This document shows, in pieces, positions 46,363-56,659 of a stretch of DNA of 64,000 nucleotides. Below the pieces are notes generated by a model. The model did not search any database, was not told the origin of the DNA, and saw only the letters and a program-made list of their open reading frames with translations. Source of the DNA: a virus. The translations under genes were made by a program, and so were the position numbers. The stretch lies in IMG/VR virus record IMGVR_UViG_3300028948_000703, positions 32,001-96,000 of that record; one strand, written 5' to 3'. Each line of letters opens with the position of its first letter. The first letter of the stretch is position 1.

Positions 46363-47508
46363 TTATACGTTTGGAATTTGTGTTACAGATATATTTTGTT
46401 CTATAATTTCTATATTATCAATAATATCTAACCCTTGCGCTGTAATTTTTTGTATTCTTGCTGCATTTGGTCTGTCAGTGTAACTGCTGTATGATGCCAA
46501 GGTTGGATCAAAAACCTTACAATTTTTAGTGATGTTTCCAACCATTGCTCTAGCTATAGCTCGTTTAATTGCAAGAGCTCCTTCAAATACAGTCCCTGCA
46601 TCTGGTTCATTTGGTCTAGCAACAGTTCTAATGTAATCTGGTCTATCATATCCAATTGTAAATGTAAAGGTTGTGCAAGCACCATTACCGTTAAGGTTTC
46701 CTGTACGAACAATATCTCCAACTAATATTGGTAATGACCATTCTTCTAGTTCACTAATTGCCTGTACCCATCTTGAATTGGCACGTTCTTTATTTTGACT
46801 TGTGGCAATAGTAGTTGGGTAGCCGCCGTGGTTGCCTGCAGAAAATCCCATAGCGGTTAGAGCAGTTCCACTGTTTAATGCGTATGGTTGCCCATTTACG
46901 CTTGCTAATTGTAATTTGCCTCCAGCAGCTTGTGCAACAACACCGGTGGTTGGTGTGTTTTCGTTGATTTTGCTAACAACACCGGAAAGTGGACCGGCAC
47001 TAAACGTTATATTAATTCCGTTAATAACAACATTATCACCATTTCCTACAGCCGAAAATGCAGAACCAACTTCATTTGGCCAATATTGATATGCTCCTGC
47101 AACCAATCCAAGCTTTGATAATGCAGATCCGTTGCCTTCTGCTAGGCTAAAAGGATAACCTTCTGATCCAGGAGCATTTGCTAATGTTATGTAATTAGAA
47201 GCTATTCTTTGGTCGGCAATTACATTTGTGAACTTTGAAGCTAGATTAATCCTGGAAATAACATTAGCTAATGTCATAGAACTATCAAAAATAATTGCTT
47301 TATCATTTACTATAATTGTTTCACCATCTGACATTACAGTTGATGTAACTTCTGTATTTCCAGTTGTATGAATTAATCTATTGTAATTCCATGCATTAGT
47401 ACTATCAAGTCCGCCGGCTTGATCGCCTGTTAACGTTGAAAAGTTATTTGGACTTGATAGGTTCCATGTTACTTGGTAATAAGTTGGATTTAATGAATAA
47501 GTTGTCAT
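46363..47508 (-). CDS. Putative virion structural protein
   Basis: G/S/T/N-rich with repeated 'INGI.ITF...L..VV..IN' units; ATAAATA upstream. Confidence 0.6.
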   Translation of the reverse strand: MTTYSLNPTYYQVTWNLSSPNNFSTLTGDQAGGLDSTNAWNYNRLIHTTGNTEVTSTVMSDGETIIVNDKAIIFDSSMTLANVISRINLASKFTNVIADQRIASNYITLANAPGSEGYPFSLAEGNGSALSKLGLVAGAYQYWPNEVGSAFSAVGNGDNVVINGINITFSAGPLSGVVSKINENTPTTGVVAQAAGGKLQLASVNGQPYALNSGTALTAMGFSAGNHGGYPTTIATSQNKERANSRWVQAISELEEWSLPILVGDIVRTGNLNGNGACTTFTFTIGYDRPDYIRTVARPNEPDAGTVFEGALAIKRAIARAMVGNITKNCKVFDPTLASYSSYTDRPNAARIQKITAQGLDIIDNIEIIEQNISVTQIPNV

Positions 47509-47581
47509 AAAATTATCCTCTGCATAATATATGTGTGCTAGGCTTATTTATGCAGAAATTGACTATTATGACCTGTATCTG

Positions 47582-48079
47582 TTATTTAATTGCAAAACGT
47601 TCCATATGTATTCCGCGTGAATACGGCAATCCAGTAGTATATAGTACTCTACCAACTTTATACGTTTCAATTGCTTTTGCGCATCCTTCGCACGGCATGC
47701 TCAATGCCGGACGACCTCCAGTTGTTAACCGTAGGACATACATAGTAGATTTTGATAGAAGATGTTCGTTGTTATTTTTAATTGTGTTTCGTATTGCATG
47801 TGTTTCTGCATGCCAATACACAGCATGTGGATTTTTACAATATCTAGCCTGAAAAGGATGAGTTTTGGATCCATTAAATCCAAAACTCAATATTTCACCT
47901 CGGTGTGCAATAATAGCAGAAACCCTAGCACCTGCATAAGGAACAGAATCTCTAGCTAATTTTTCAGCCATATTGATAAATTTAATATCTCTATCCGAAA
48001 ATTTTTCGTTACTAGACTTCAAGTTCCACCATTGACCATTTAGAGTTTTCACCAGGGTAACCAACAGGATTACAAACAT
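47582..48079 (-). CDS. Cytidine/dCMP deaminase-like protein (start uncertain)
   Basis: 'HAETHAI' and 'PCEGC' zinc motifs. Confidence 0.8.
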   Translation of the reverse strand: MFVILLVTLVKTLNGQWWNLKSSNEKFSDRDIKFINMAEKLARDSVPYAGARVSAIIAHRGEILSFGFNGSKTHPFQARYCKNPHAVYWHAETHAIRNTIKNNNEHLLSKSTMYVLRLTTGGRPALSMPCEGCAKAIETYKVGRVLYTTGLPYSRGIHMERFAIK

Positions 48080-48836
48080 AATTAATACCGTTGATAGTTT
48101 TCATACTTCTATAATGTGTATGGCCGTAACACCAGTACTTAATATTGTTATTAATAATATCTTCACAATGTGTGTTTACAAACATTCCGTGTAGCTTAGT
48201 CCAAATTTGATCAAATGGCTTAGCATAACTTAACAATCTATTTGGCAGATGATGAGTAACTACAACACACGGAAGATCAGTAGCTGAAACGGAACTTCTA
48301 ATATAATTAGCATCCTCATATGCAGCGGTTTCGACTATTTCGTTGTCTCTTGTTTTTCCACGCCAATTTATAATTCTATCAGCTGATTTAAATTGCCATG
48401 CATCGATTTGTTGATCTTTTGAAAAAGGTTCACCAGCAACAAAATTGTGCCAGCCAGTAGCACCTATAAAAAGAACATTATCGATGTTTACAGAATCACG
48501 ATGAATCATATGAATATCATGATCCTGGCTCCACTTTTTATAATGACTATAAATTTCATTCACATACATTGGATATGGATATTTTTCATATAGCTCAGAA
48601 TTAGCTAGTTTGGTTTTATGCACTCCGACGTTATAAAAGTCATGATTGCCTGGGACCCAGATTACATTATTAAAGCGTAATCTAAGATCGGCTAACCAAT
48701 TACTAGTTATCCAGATGTCATTGCTAATGTCGCCAGACACTACAATTGTATTGCAATCTGCAGAGCAAGAGTCTAGCAACTCCCAGCTCCAAGGCATAAT
48801 ATCGACGTGTACGTCACTAATTAATATAAATTTCAT
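48012..48836 (-). CDS. Calcineurin-like metallophosphoesterase
   Basis: 'SDVH.D', 'SGDI', 'PGNHD', 'THHLP' and 'GHTH'. Confidence 0.9.
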   Translation of the reverse strand: MKFILISDVHVDIMPWSWELLDSCSADCNTIVVSGDISNDIWITSNWLADLRLRFNNVIWVPGNHDFYNVGVHKTKLANSELYEKYPYPMYVNEIYSHYKKWSQDHDIHMIHRDSVNIDNVLFIGATGWHNFVAGEPFSKDQQIDAWQFKSADRIINWRGKTRDNEIVETAAYEDANYIRSSVSATDLPCVVVTHHLPNRLLSYAKPFDQIWTKLHGMFVNTHCEDIINNNIKYWCYGHTHYRSMKTINGINYVCNPVGYPGENSKWSMVELEV

Positions 48837-48883
48837 AGCTTATTTTAACATAGATAATTGTCAAGTCAATTAGAATTTTTGAT

Positions 48884-49444
48884 TTACATTTTCCAAAATA
48901 AATGGCTACCAATTGGTATCTTTCTAATTGATGGTGCCCAATCTGCTGTCCTGTGTGAAAAATAAATTGAGCCATGTGCTGTATCTTGAATGTTTTGGCG
49001 ATATACGTTATATGCTATTTCTTGTACTTTTAACCATGTATTATGTTCGATTTTCCATTTTTTATTTGGTTTATACCCTGCCCAAACAAATTGAAAAAAT
49101 TTTCGACCATTGACATAATTATATTGAAAAACATTTGTACAAATATCTAAACTAAACCTTGAATGCTTTGTTCTATTAATTGGAATATACGCAACAGCTA
49201 CTTGTTCAATTTTGGTTCCTCCTCTTGCTTCAAAATATAAATTCCATGCAATGCATTCTAAATCTTTTAATTCAGATTCATTTAACTCGTTAATAACCTC
49301 AATAGATAACGGTAAAACCTCTTTTAGATTAGGTATTATCCCAAAGTCAGCTGTTATACGATCCGACGCGTATGTCGACATGCATAACAACAACGACAAA
49401 AGATAGACACACACAATTGTTATTGTGTTTTTGATTAATAGCAT
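48884..49444 (-). CDS. Cell wall hydrolase (SleB/Hydrolase_2)
   Basis: 'C.AWNLYFEARG', 'VA...NR', 'QF.W' and 'IGSHLFW'. Confidence 0.85.
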   Translation of the reverse strand: MLLIKNTITIVCVYLLSLLLCMSTYASDRITADFGIIPNLKEVLPLSIEVINELNESELKDLECIAWNLYFEARGGTKIEQVAVAYIPINRTKHSRFSLDICTNVFQYNYVNGRKFFQFVWAGYKPNKKWKIEHNTWLKVQEIAYNVYRQNIQDTAHGSIYFSHRTADWAPSIRKIPIGSHLFWKM

Positions 49445-49727
49445 AATTATTCCCCTCTGTTTTATAAGGCAGGATATACCTGCTAAGAAGATAGTTAAAA
49501 CGTATCTCTTATTTGCAACCAATTAATATAACGTTGGTACGATATTTAAATCGTATTAAAATTACTTAAAATATAAGTTAATTTTGTAGGCTTATTGGCT
49601 ACTAAACTAGGTAGTATGTCTAGTGTGTTATATATGTAACACTATTCTTTTTGAAATACAAATAAAATCTTGAAATTTGCGTACAAATACGTTATCACAT
49701 ACTGAACAAATGTAACCAGGATTGACA

Positions 49728-50081
49728 ATGCACACAATATCGCAAGAAGATTTAGTAGTATGGAATACATATATTGATAATCTATATAAAACTCCTGAGC
49801 ATCAGTTTACTTCGAAAAAAGTTCAAAAAGATGAGCCGGATATTATAGATCTGCATGGCATGACTATTCAACAGGCGTTCCATAAAACTAATTCTTTTCT
49901 ACGCCGGCATTTCGAGGTTGGTAACAAATTAGTAACAGTTATCACTGGCAAGGGTGGTCAAATTAACAAAGAATTCTTGCATTGGTGCAACAATATTCCG
50001 TTTATTACCAGTGTGGAGCCATTAACTGATAGTCGTGGGCAAGCTGGCGCTTATTTGATTTTGTTGAAAAAGAAAAGATAA
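49728..50081 (+). CDS. Smr domain protein
   Basis: 'IDLHGMT...A', 'VITGKG' and 'GA..ILLK'. Confidence 0.9.
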   Translation: MHTISQEDLVVWNTYIDNLYKTPEHQFTSKKVQKDEPDIIDLHGMTIQQAFHKTNSFLRRHFEVGNKLVTVITGKGGQINKEFLHWCNNIPFITSVEPLTDSRGQAGAYLILLKKKR

Positions 50082-50088
50082 ATTGAAT

Positions 50089-50496
50089 TTAATCTTGTTG
50101 AAGATATAACAATGTAGCAATGGATTTAAAATCCTCAACATCGCCGGATAGGTTAACTGTAATATCTGTGCCACATCCATTCCAGCTATTTGCATCTTCA
50201 ATAATATGTCCATTCCAAAATGTATTTTCTTTCCATTTTGGCAATCTAGATGTGCTACTAACTGGCCATTCTATCTTTTTTTCCAATGTCCACGATGGAC
50301 CTTTAAGAGTGTATATATTAGTTACAATACCTGGAACAACAGCTAAATTTTTCTGTATACTTAGCTCTAAAGAATGATCGCAGCATTGATAAGAGATTTG
50401 TCCAAACTCTTTTGATCCGTAGAGATATTTTCTATTTTCAATAAATTTAAAAATAAAATCACAAAGATTTCTATACTCTAATGGAGCCAATGACAT
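50089..50496 (-). CDS. Hypothetical protein
   Basis: ORF from ATG 50496 (MSLAPLEY...). Confidence 0.5.
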   Translation of the reverse strand: MSLAPLEYRNLCDFIFKFIENRKYLYGSKEFGQISYQCCDHSLELSIQKNLAVVPGIVTNIYTLKGPSWTLEKKIEWPVSSTSRLPKWKENTFWNGHIIEDANSWNGCGTDITVNLSGDVEDFKSIATLLYLQQD

Positions 50497-50630
50497 TTTT
50501 AGATAATATACGATATCAATATCATACACAAGAAAAATTATATGTAATACTGTGCAATGCCAAAAAAATACAAGCAAATATGTTGCAATGCAACATAAAT
50601 AGTATTATATACAAAGTAAGGAGAAATGCT

Positions 50631-50801
50631 ATGCAGTGGTTTAGCGCAATTTCAACAAAAATATTAAATTGGTGGCACGGATTTACCATGAATCCAACCG
50701 ATGAATATTTAAATCAAGCAGTCGATCTTGTAGACCTCGAACATAGACTGCGTGCAATCTCATATAGGGCAACCGACAAAACTAGACATGGAGTACTATA
50801 A
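50631..50801 (+). CDS. DUF3563-like small protein
   Basis: 'EYLNQAVDLVDLEHRLRAI'; SD AAGGAG; ATAAATA upstream. Confidence 0.7.
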   Translation: MQWFSAISTKILNWWHGFTMNPTDEYLNQAVDLVDLEHRLRAISYRATDKTRHGVL

Positions 50802-50974
50802 TGGAAAAAACATTTAAAGAAATGAACGAAGCTGTATTATCATATATGATGAGCAGCGCACGTCAAGTAGTAGAGTTAAATCAAAAACTCTGGAGTGATT
50901 ATGTTGAGCTTACAAACAACATTGTTGCTAAGAACACTGTGTTATCTACAGTAACACAAAACACCAAGAAGTAA
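50801..50974 (+). CDS. Small helical protein (not in track)
   Basis: MEKTFKEMNEAVLSYMM...NTKK; SD GGAG; followed by a terminator. Confidence 0.5.
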   Translation: MEKTFKEMNEAVLSYMMSSARQVVELNQKLWSDYVELTNNIVAKNTVLSTVTQNTKK

Positions 50975-51008
50975 AAAATAAAGCCCATTTTAGATGGGCT
51001 TTATTTTT
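50974..51008. terminator. Bidirectional intrinsic terminator
   Basis: AAAAATAAAGCCCAT-TTTAG-ATGGGCTTTATTTTT between convergent genes. Confidence 0.85.
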
Positions 51009-51027
51009 GTTAATAATTTATATAAAT

Positions 51028-52161
51028 TTATCTTACAATCCAGTTAATTTCGTGTGCTTCTATCCGGCTTACAGGTTCCCACTTATTAAGCATACTGTAA
51101 ATTACAGATTCCGGAACAACTGCTTTACGTGATTTATTACTTGCCAACGTAGTTTGAAAATCTGTGCCCATAATATAAATGTTTGTATAAGCATCATATG
51201 CACGACATAGGTCAATAACTTTTCCTCGTGCAAGTCTTGTTAGGTTTGTACTATTCCACACAAATGGTGATTTTTTGCGCAGGTATTCTTTTGCTGTTTC
51301 CAGTGCAGTTTGAATAACAGGACCTTGATTATCCCCATGATCAATCTTTAATGCAATACGTATCTGATCCATACTGATAACAGGAAGCCCACCGAAATTT
51401 TCTGCTACATATGTATCCTTTCCGGAACCAGGAAGTCCGCACATAATAATTACATTACTTCCTTTTGGTCTCTGAGCGTGATATGTATGATCTCTGCCCT
51501 CTTTTTCAAAATAGAAAATTTTACTAGAATTGCTGTGCCATTGTTTGTTAGAAATATTATTTTCTTCGAGCCACATGCGCAACAGCTCTAAACTCTCGAC
51601 AGTTTCTTGTTGATGTGCGCTAATACGACCAAGATTATCACAAATAGAAAATTCAATAAGATCATGCCACGGTGCATCTATGCTATATGTCAATGCCGAT
51701 CTTACCATATCAGTGTGTTTCCATATATGATATGAACGTTGATGCCATTGAATCTGTTTATATACTTGCAATCTGGTTGCAATATCTCCAATATTATGTT
51801 GCCACATGTCGACCCATGCCATTTGAGCGCTTATTCGACTGTGGTATGGATGACTAATACGTATCCGGTCTGGTTGTACAATTTCTTCTCTGGTTTTAGC
51901 CTTTGCGACATCGTGGAATAGAGTTGTAAGCAGTTGTACATCGTTTGAATGTCCGCGATCATGTACATGCTGTGCAATCATCTGAATATGAGTCCAGACA
52001 TCACCCTCTGCATGATAAACAGAATCTTGTATACATTCTTTCATTTCAGCTGAATACGGAAAGAGATTCTCTACTCTTTGCCAATGGATACGTTTAGTTT
52101 TAGCATCAGTTGTGTTGAGTGCTAACTTCAGTTCGGACAAAATATTTTTATAATTAATCAT
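51028..52161 (-). CDS. HD-domain phosphohydrolase fused to a P-loop (PNK-like) kinase
   Basis: 'YHAEGDVWTH', 'LFHDVAK' and 'GLPGSGKDT'. Confidence 0.88.
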   Translation of the reverse strand: MINYKNILSELKLALNTTDAKTKRIHWQRVENLFPYSAEMKECIQDSVYHAEGDVWTHIQMIAQHVHDRGHSNDVQLLTTLFHDVAKAKTREEIVQPDRIRISHPYHSRISAQMAWVDMWQHNIGDIATRLQVYKQIQWHQRSYHIWKHTDMVRSALTYSIDAPWHDLIEFSICDNLGRISAHQQETVESLELLRMWLEENNISNKQWHSNSSKIFYFEKEGRDHTYHAQRPKGSNVIIMCGLPGSGKDTYVAENFGGLPVISMDQIRIALKIDHGDNQGPVIQTALETAKEYLRKKSPFVWNSTNLTRLARGKVIDLCRAYDAYTNIYIMGTDFQTTLASNKSRKAVVPESVIYSMLNKWEPVSRIEAHEINWIVR

Positions 52162-52164
52162 ATG

Positions 52165-52944
52165 TCACCTAAAAATATTTACACCATCTGCGAGCATATT
52201 AGGCAATATTGGTCTATCTGCCCAATGCGTGCCACTATCTAAAATAGTCTGAACAAAATCAAATCGAACATATTTGTAACGTCCAATTACTTTACCGTTC
52301 TGCTCGTGTTTAAGATATAACCCTTCAGATAAATTACTTTTTTCAGTTTCTTTAACAGCTTGGTCCGAATCAATGCCGTGTCGTTCAGCTTGAAGCCTAA
52401 GATTAGCTACCCAATTTTCACTTTTAAACAAACTTGGTTTAATAAGAGCTTCGATACCTTTTTTATCTTTTACAGGTCCTCGATGAACAACAGGTACGCT
52501 TACAACAGGTAAGTCTTTTAAAAGAGTATGTCTAGAATTAGTATCTAACCAATAATTATCTTTTCTGTCATATATGTCAAATTCTAAAAAATAATGAGGA
52601 AGTTTGTCATAAAAAACTGAATGTTTTGCATAACACCATTCCCCGTACATAGTATACCTGTCACCTAGCACTAGATAAAAATCATCTGTAAGAGATGTTG
52701 CCCATTGCTTGAATAGGTTAAACTGTGCTTCTCGCGCTCCGCCAAGTAAAACATGTCCGCGGCTTTGAAGTTGAATAGACACGTCAGTACGCGCACTTAC
52801 TCCGCTATTTGCACCGTCTATCTTTTCTTCCCATACAAACTCGCCACCAGACAACGACGAAATAGGAATTTGATCGTTCGCAGTATCGCCGGGCTGTAAG
52901 CGGCTTCCTTCGAGATGAGGAGTTCTAGGATATTTTATAAACAT
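52165..52944 (-). CDS. ATP-dependent RNA ligase family protein
   Basis: 'KYPRTPHL', motif I 'EEKIDGAN', 'YGEW', 'EFDIYD' and 'EGLYLK'. Confidence 0.88.
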   Translation of the reverse strand: MFIKYPRTPHLEGSRLQPGDTANDQIPISSLSGGEFVWEEKIDGANSGVSARTDVSIQLQSRGHVLLGGAREAQFNLFKQWATSLTDDFYLVLGDRYTMYGEWCYAKHSVFYDKLPHYFLEFDIYDRKDNYWLDTNSRHTLLKDLPVVSVPVVHRGPVKDKKGIEALIKPSLFKSENWVANLRLQAERHGIDSDQAVKETEKSNLSEGLYLKHEQNGKVIGRYKYVRFDFVQTILDSGTHWADRPILPNMLADGVNIFR

Positions 52945-53025
52945 AACATCAAACCTTATTATGGTCCTATAATAGCATTATATGATTACAACGTCAATGC
53001 TAAAATTTAGGTGCAAATTATTAAG

Positions 53026-53057
53026 AAAAATAAAGCCTGCTGTAATGCAGGCTTTAT
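53026..53057 (-). terminator. Intrinsic terminator
   Basis: ATAAAGCCTGC-TGTAAT-GCAGGCTTTAT with an A-run on + (U-run on -). Confidence 0.8.
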
Positions 53058-53059
53058 CT

Positions 53060-53301
53060 TTATCGCAGGTTGACTTTATATCAACTTATGGGACTTTTGT
53101 TAACAGTTGCTTCGGAATTCTATCCCTGTCGTATCATGGCCTCTATCTTCGACAGTTAGTTAACATGGTCTCTTTAGAAGTTGGTCGGTATATCTCCGCT
53201 CACATTGGCCAAATTGTTTGTCCTCATTCACCCTTTATAGAGTCTAACATATTGTTGCTCTACACCCTCACATCATCGTGTAACACACGCCTCTGCGATA
53301 A
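53060..53301 (-). ncRNA. Unknown ~240-nt structured RNA
   Basis: TTATCGCAG/CTGCGATAA closing stem; TATAAATA at 53305-53312 just upstream; terminator just downstream; internal stems (GTTGA/TCAAC, TGTTAAC repeats, CTGTCG/CGACAG, TAGAG/CTCTA). Confidence 0.55.
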
Positions 53302-53356
53302 CTATATTTATATATAATGATTGATAAAGTCAAAGATAGAATTGTAAGCTGCGTAT

Positions 53357-54004
53357 TTAAACGATTAGGGTTTTTTCATGTCCTACACGTATAGCAGGAT
53401 CTACAAGAATGTCAAATCCTTTTTCTTGTGCACTCCAACAAAACCCAACATCTTCGGCACAAAAATCATGGAAGTTATTGTTTGATATCCATCTAGGTCT
53501 GAACCACGGATATTCCATAGATTCAATTACTCCTTTTTTAATTGCAATAAATCCAAATCCAACATAACTAACATTAAAGGGAGAAGATTTTAACGAAAGG
53601 TCTCGATCTGTCATGAACTTAAATGTTCCATAATTTTCTAAATGTTGAAAATTTAAATTTTCAACAATTGGATAGTTTATTCCATTGGACATATGATAAC
53701 ATCCACTAACAATAGGTTTATCATGTTTTAAAAGATTTAATATGTCTTCTGGTTTCCAAACAATGTCGTTATCTATCCAGATTTGATATTCATAATCAAT
53801 TTGACCTTGCCACGGTATCTGATTTTTGCCTTTAACATTATCTCCGCCTAATATTCGATTTCGTGTATAGTACACTACTGGATCATAGTCCATGCAATAT
53901 GCATAAGCAATATGATTTTTTGCTAATTCGTGGATTGTAGAATTCCAGCTACTAAAATATCGACTAGATATGGTATTACCAGGCAGACAAAAAACAACTC
54001 TCAT
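53357..54004 (-). CDS. Glycosyltransferase-like protein (GT-A fold)
   Basis: 'WIDNDI', 'GFGF..IKKGV.E', 'AEDVGFC' and 'VGHEK'. Confidence 0.8.
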   Translation of the reverse strand: MRVVFCLPGNTISSRYFSSWNSTIHELAKNHIAYAYCMDYDPVVYYTRNRILGGDNVKGKNQIPWQGQIDYEYQIWIDNDIVWKPEDILNLLKHDKPIVSGCYHMSNGINYPIVENLNFQHLENYGTFKFMTDRDLSLKSSPFNVSYVGFGFIAIKKGVIESMEYPWFRPRWISNNNFHDFCAEDVGFCWSAQEKGFDILVDPAIRVGHEKTLIV

Positions 54005-54012
54005 TGATATTA

Positions 54013-54216
54013 TTATTCTCCTAAATTTTCTGTAAATGTTAAAAGATATAATGACTGATCATTAACAGATTTAAAAAATACACTATCTCCAAATACAAAT
54101 ACATCGCTTTCGCAATTAAAAATGAATCTCACAAAATTATTTGTATATATGCCGTCATTGAGTACACCAAGTTTAACAGGTGACAATAACCAACTATTAT
54201 CTAAATATTCCTCCAC
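54013..54216 (-). CDS. Small-protein family A-like
   Basis: 'VFFKSVNDQSLYLLTF'. Confidence 0.5.
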   Translation of the reverse strand: MEEYLDNSWLLSPVKLGVLNDGIYTNNFVRFIFNCESDVFVFGDSVFFKSVNDQSLYLLTFTENLGE

Positions 54217-54914
54217 GGAAATCCTCCAGGATATCGAGTTTTCATTATCTTGTTTCCGGTTAAAAAGAAATCTGATGTTACTGAATTTGGATTACCATCT
54301 AACCTATAGCATACTGTTGCTTGACCAGTACATTTATAATTGGGAGCATACTGATCAATTATACTGTAAAATCGCCGATCGCCACCCCACCCGCTGTACC
54401 ATGCAGATGCTAAACCTGTTATAATTTCTTTTTTTATACAGTATGTGGAAGTATCAACTAATCTGTGTTGATCTGACATATATATAGGCCATCGTCCTAA
54501 ACTTTCGCAGTCGTCATCGCATATATAATTTAAATTAGAGTCGTATATTTTTCGTAGGCTATGACACCACTGTAATTTATTATTTTCACAAGTATTAATC
54601 ATAGTGTCTACATGGTTTGCTTCAAACCAATTATCTTCGTCGCAATATAAAATGTAATTATGATCAAATAAAAAGCTTACAGCGGCTAAAATACGATGTC
54701 CATACCATCCGTTTTTACCAGTGTTAGCAGGTAATATACAGTGTTTAACCTGCGGATATTGTTTTAATATTTGTAATGACCTTTCAGCATATTCTGGACC
54801 ATCAATTATAGACCAAACTTCTGTATTAGTATATGTCTGAGAGGTGGCACCGGATAATGCTTTGTTAAGTTTTTCTGTACCTATAGTTGGAATAACAATT
54901 AGAGCAGATGTCAT
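54201..54914 (-). CDS. Glycosyltransferase family 2
   Basis: 'VIPT.G', 'QTY.N.E...IIDG' and 'YCDEDN'. Confidence 0.85.
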   Translation of the reverse strand: MTSALIVIPTIGTEKLNKALSGATSQTYTNTEVWSIIDGPEYAERSLQILKQYPQVKHCILPANTGKNGWYGHRILAAVSFLFDHNYILYCDEDNWFEANHVDTMINTCENNKLQWCHSLRKIYDSNLNYICDDDCESLGRWPIYMSDQHRLVDTSTYCIKKEIITGLASAWYSGWGGDRRFYSIIDQYAPNYKCTGQATVCYRLDGNPNSVTSDFFLTGNKIMKTRYPGGFPWRNI

Positions 54915-54950
54915 AACAAATTATATTTAATTGATTATCATTATTCCTAA

Positions 54951-55679
54951 TTAAAAATACCAACAAAAATTCTTAATATATTGATCACGTTCCGTTTCAT
55001 TTAATGTTAAAAAATCTTTTTCCATTTTATACCATTTATCCATTAATGGGTTAGAAATTGACGGATACCAAAATAGTCCTAATGAATTTCGGCTCCACGG
55101 AAATCTTCCCTTAATTCTAAATTCTTCAAGCATATCAATTATAATCCATCTTAGATTTGCACCTGACTCGACGCTTAAATTATTTCTATCAAATGCAGTT
55201 GTAGTGAGCCATTCTCTTATTTTTAAACGAATAGGTAAAGGAGCAAGGCCAATAGTCTGATTAACTACATTACTTGTCCACACCAGTGAACTGCCAAAAT
55301 TGCTTAAAGACATTGACTCTGGTACACCTCGACGAATGGGCACTAAATGATCTTTAGTTCCCATCCATGGCATTACTTTAGAATCATGATTCCATTTTTC
55401 TCTTTTATGAGTTACAGGTAAACACACAACACTTGAATAAAAACATCTGTAATCTATAGTTGGCAGATGAAATTTTTTATATTTTATAGTATTTCTAGAT
55501 GAATAATAAGAAGGAGGTTCCCATAACCCAATTATATTTTTTGATATAATTGGTTTTTGAATTTCACCGTATACGCCTTGTGCAAATCTTTCGTGTCTTT
55601 TTACTTTATGTTTATGATGTTTACGAGCCGCTTTTGGCATGCTTTCTGTTAGAGGTTGAATTAACTGTGTCATTTTCAA
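54951..55679 (-). CDS. Hypothetical protein with HNH-like motif
   Basis: 'CFYS..C' and 'TKDHLVP..RG...LVW....VN'. Confidence 0.5.
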   Translation of the reverse strand: MKMTQLIQPLTESMPKAARKHHKHKVKRHERFAQGVYGEIQKPIISKNIIGLWEPPSYYSSRNTIKYKKFHLPTIDYRCFYSSVVCLPVTHKREKWNHDSKVMPWMGTKDHLVPIRRGVPESMSLSNFGSSLVWTSNVVNQTIGLAPLPIRLKIREWLTTTAFDRNNLSVESGANLRWIIIDMLEEFRIKGRFPWSRNSLGLFWYPSISNPLMDKWYKMEKDFLTLNETERDQYIKNFCWYF

Positions 55680-56631
55680 TAAAAATCTTTTTCCCGTGTT
55701 TCCTCAAGCGAAAACCTTTGACATACAATTCATTTTTAGAATCAAACGTAGCATTTTTAATTCCGTGCGAGAATTGTTCAATATGTCCAATGCTATATCC
55801 ATATACTTCGTTGTTGCTTAGAATATGAAGAATTAGATTCTTAATTCTAAGAGAACTTAGCTTTTGAATTTTAGTCCAGTCTAGAACATTATCATCAATT
55901 TTTGAGTTTTGATAATCATTCATAGCCAAGTCTGTGTTTAATTCCCACGACTCTCCCAATAGTTCAATACTTTTAGCAATATTGATATCTGCAATATCAA
56001 ATCTACTAGAGATCACTGGCCATACTTCGTGACGAATATAGTTGCGATCATATTTTGTATCATAATTACTAGTATCATTGCAAGATTGAATATCATTCAG
56101 AGCAGCATATGCTTCAATTGTACTGCGACTTACATTTAAAAGAGGTCGAACAATTGATACATCACTGTCGTACCAACAAGGACTAACAACTGGCATGCTT
56201 TTTAGCCCTCGAATACCACTACCACGGAATAGCTTCAAAAAGAAAGTTTCAATTTGGTCGTTCATGTGATGTGCTAAGATCAGCGTATCTGACTTAGTTT
56301 CACAAAATGCTTGATATCGAGCTTGTCTTGCAGCATACTCGACATTTTTGCCAAACGAATCAATGTTAACATTCTTAATAGTGCAAGACAACCCAAGATT
56401 TGCACAGGTCATACTTACTAGATCTGCCCAATTATCACTGTTTGGATGAATTCTGTGATTAATATGCATAATGTGCATTTCTTTGTCAATATGGTCTTTA
56501 TTGTCTGCTAACCAGTGCAATAGTACCATACTATCAACACCGCCGCTTACACCTACCAGGCATCGACGACTATCTTTGATAAGTCTATTAAACCAATTTG
56601 TATCGATTAATTGCATATGTGATTCCATCAT
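55621..56631 (-). CDS. tilS: tRNA(Ile)-lysidine synthetase
   Basis: PP-loop 'VSGGVDSMVLL', 'AAR.ARY', 'AHH.NDQ.ETF', 'RGSG..GL', 'RPLL' and 'RNYIR'. Confidence 0.93.
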   Translation of the reverse strand: MMESHMQLIDTNWFNRLIKDSRRCLVGVSGGVDSMVLLHWLADNKDHIDKEMHIMHINHRIHPNSDNWADLVSMTCANLGLSCTIKNVNIDSFGKNVEYAARQARYQAFCETKSDTLILAHHMNDQIETFFLKLFRGSGIRGLKSMPVVSPCWYDSDVSIVRPLLNVSRSTIEAYAALNDIQSCNDTSNYDTKYDRNYIRHEVWPVISSRFDIADINIAKSIELLGESWELNTDLAMNDYQNSKIDDNVLDWTKIQKLSSLRIKNLILHILSNNEVYGYSIGHIEQFSHGIKNATFDSKNELYVKGFRLRKHGKKIFIENDTVNSTSNRKHAKSGS

Positions 56632-56659
56632 ACACTAATAACAATAAATTTAGTATAAA

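Noticed and set aside
52982-53317. 111-aa + strand ORF
   Set aside because: No SD and atypical composition; it overlaps a terminator and a stem-closed element with a - strand late promoter.
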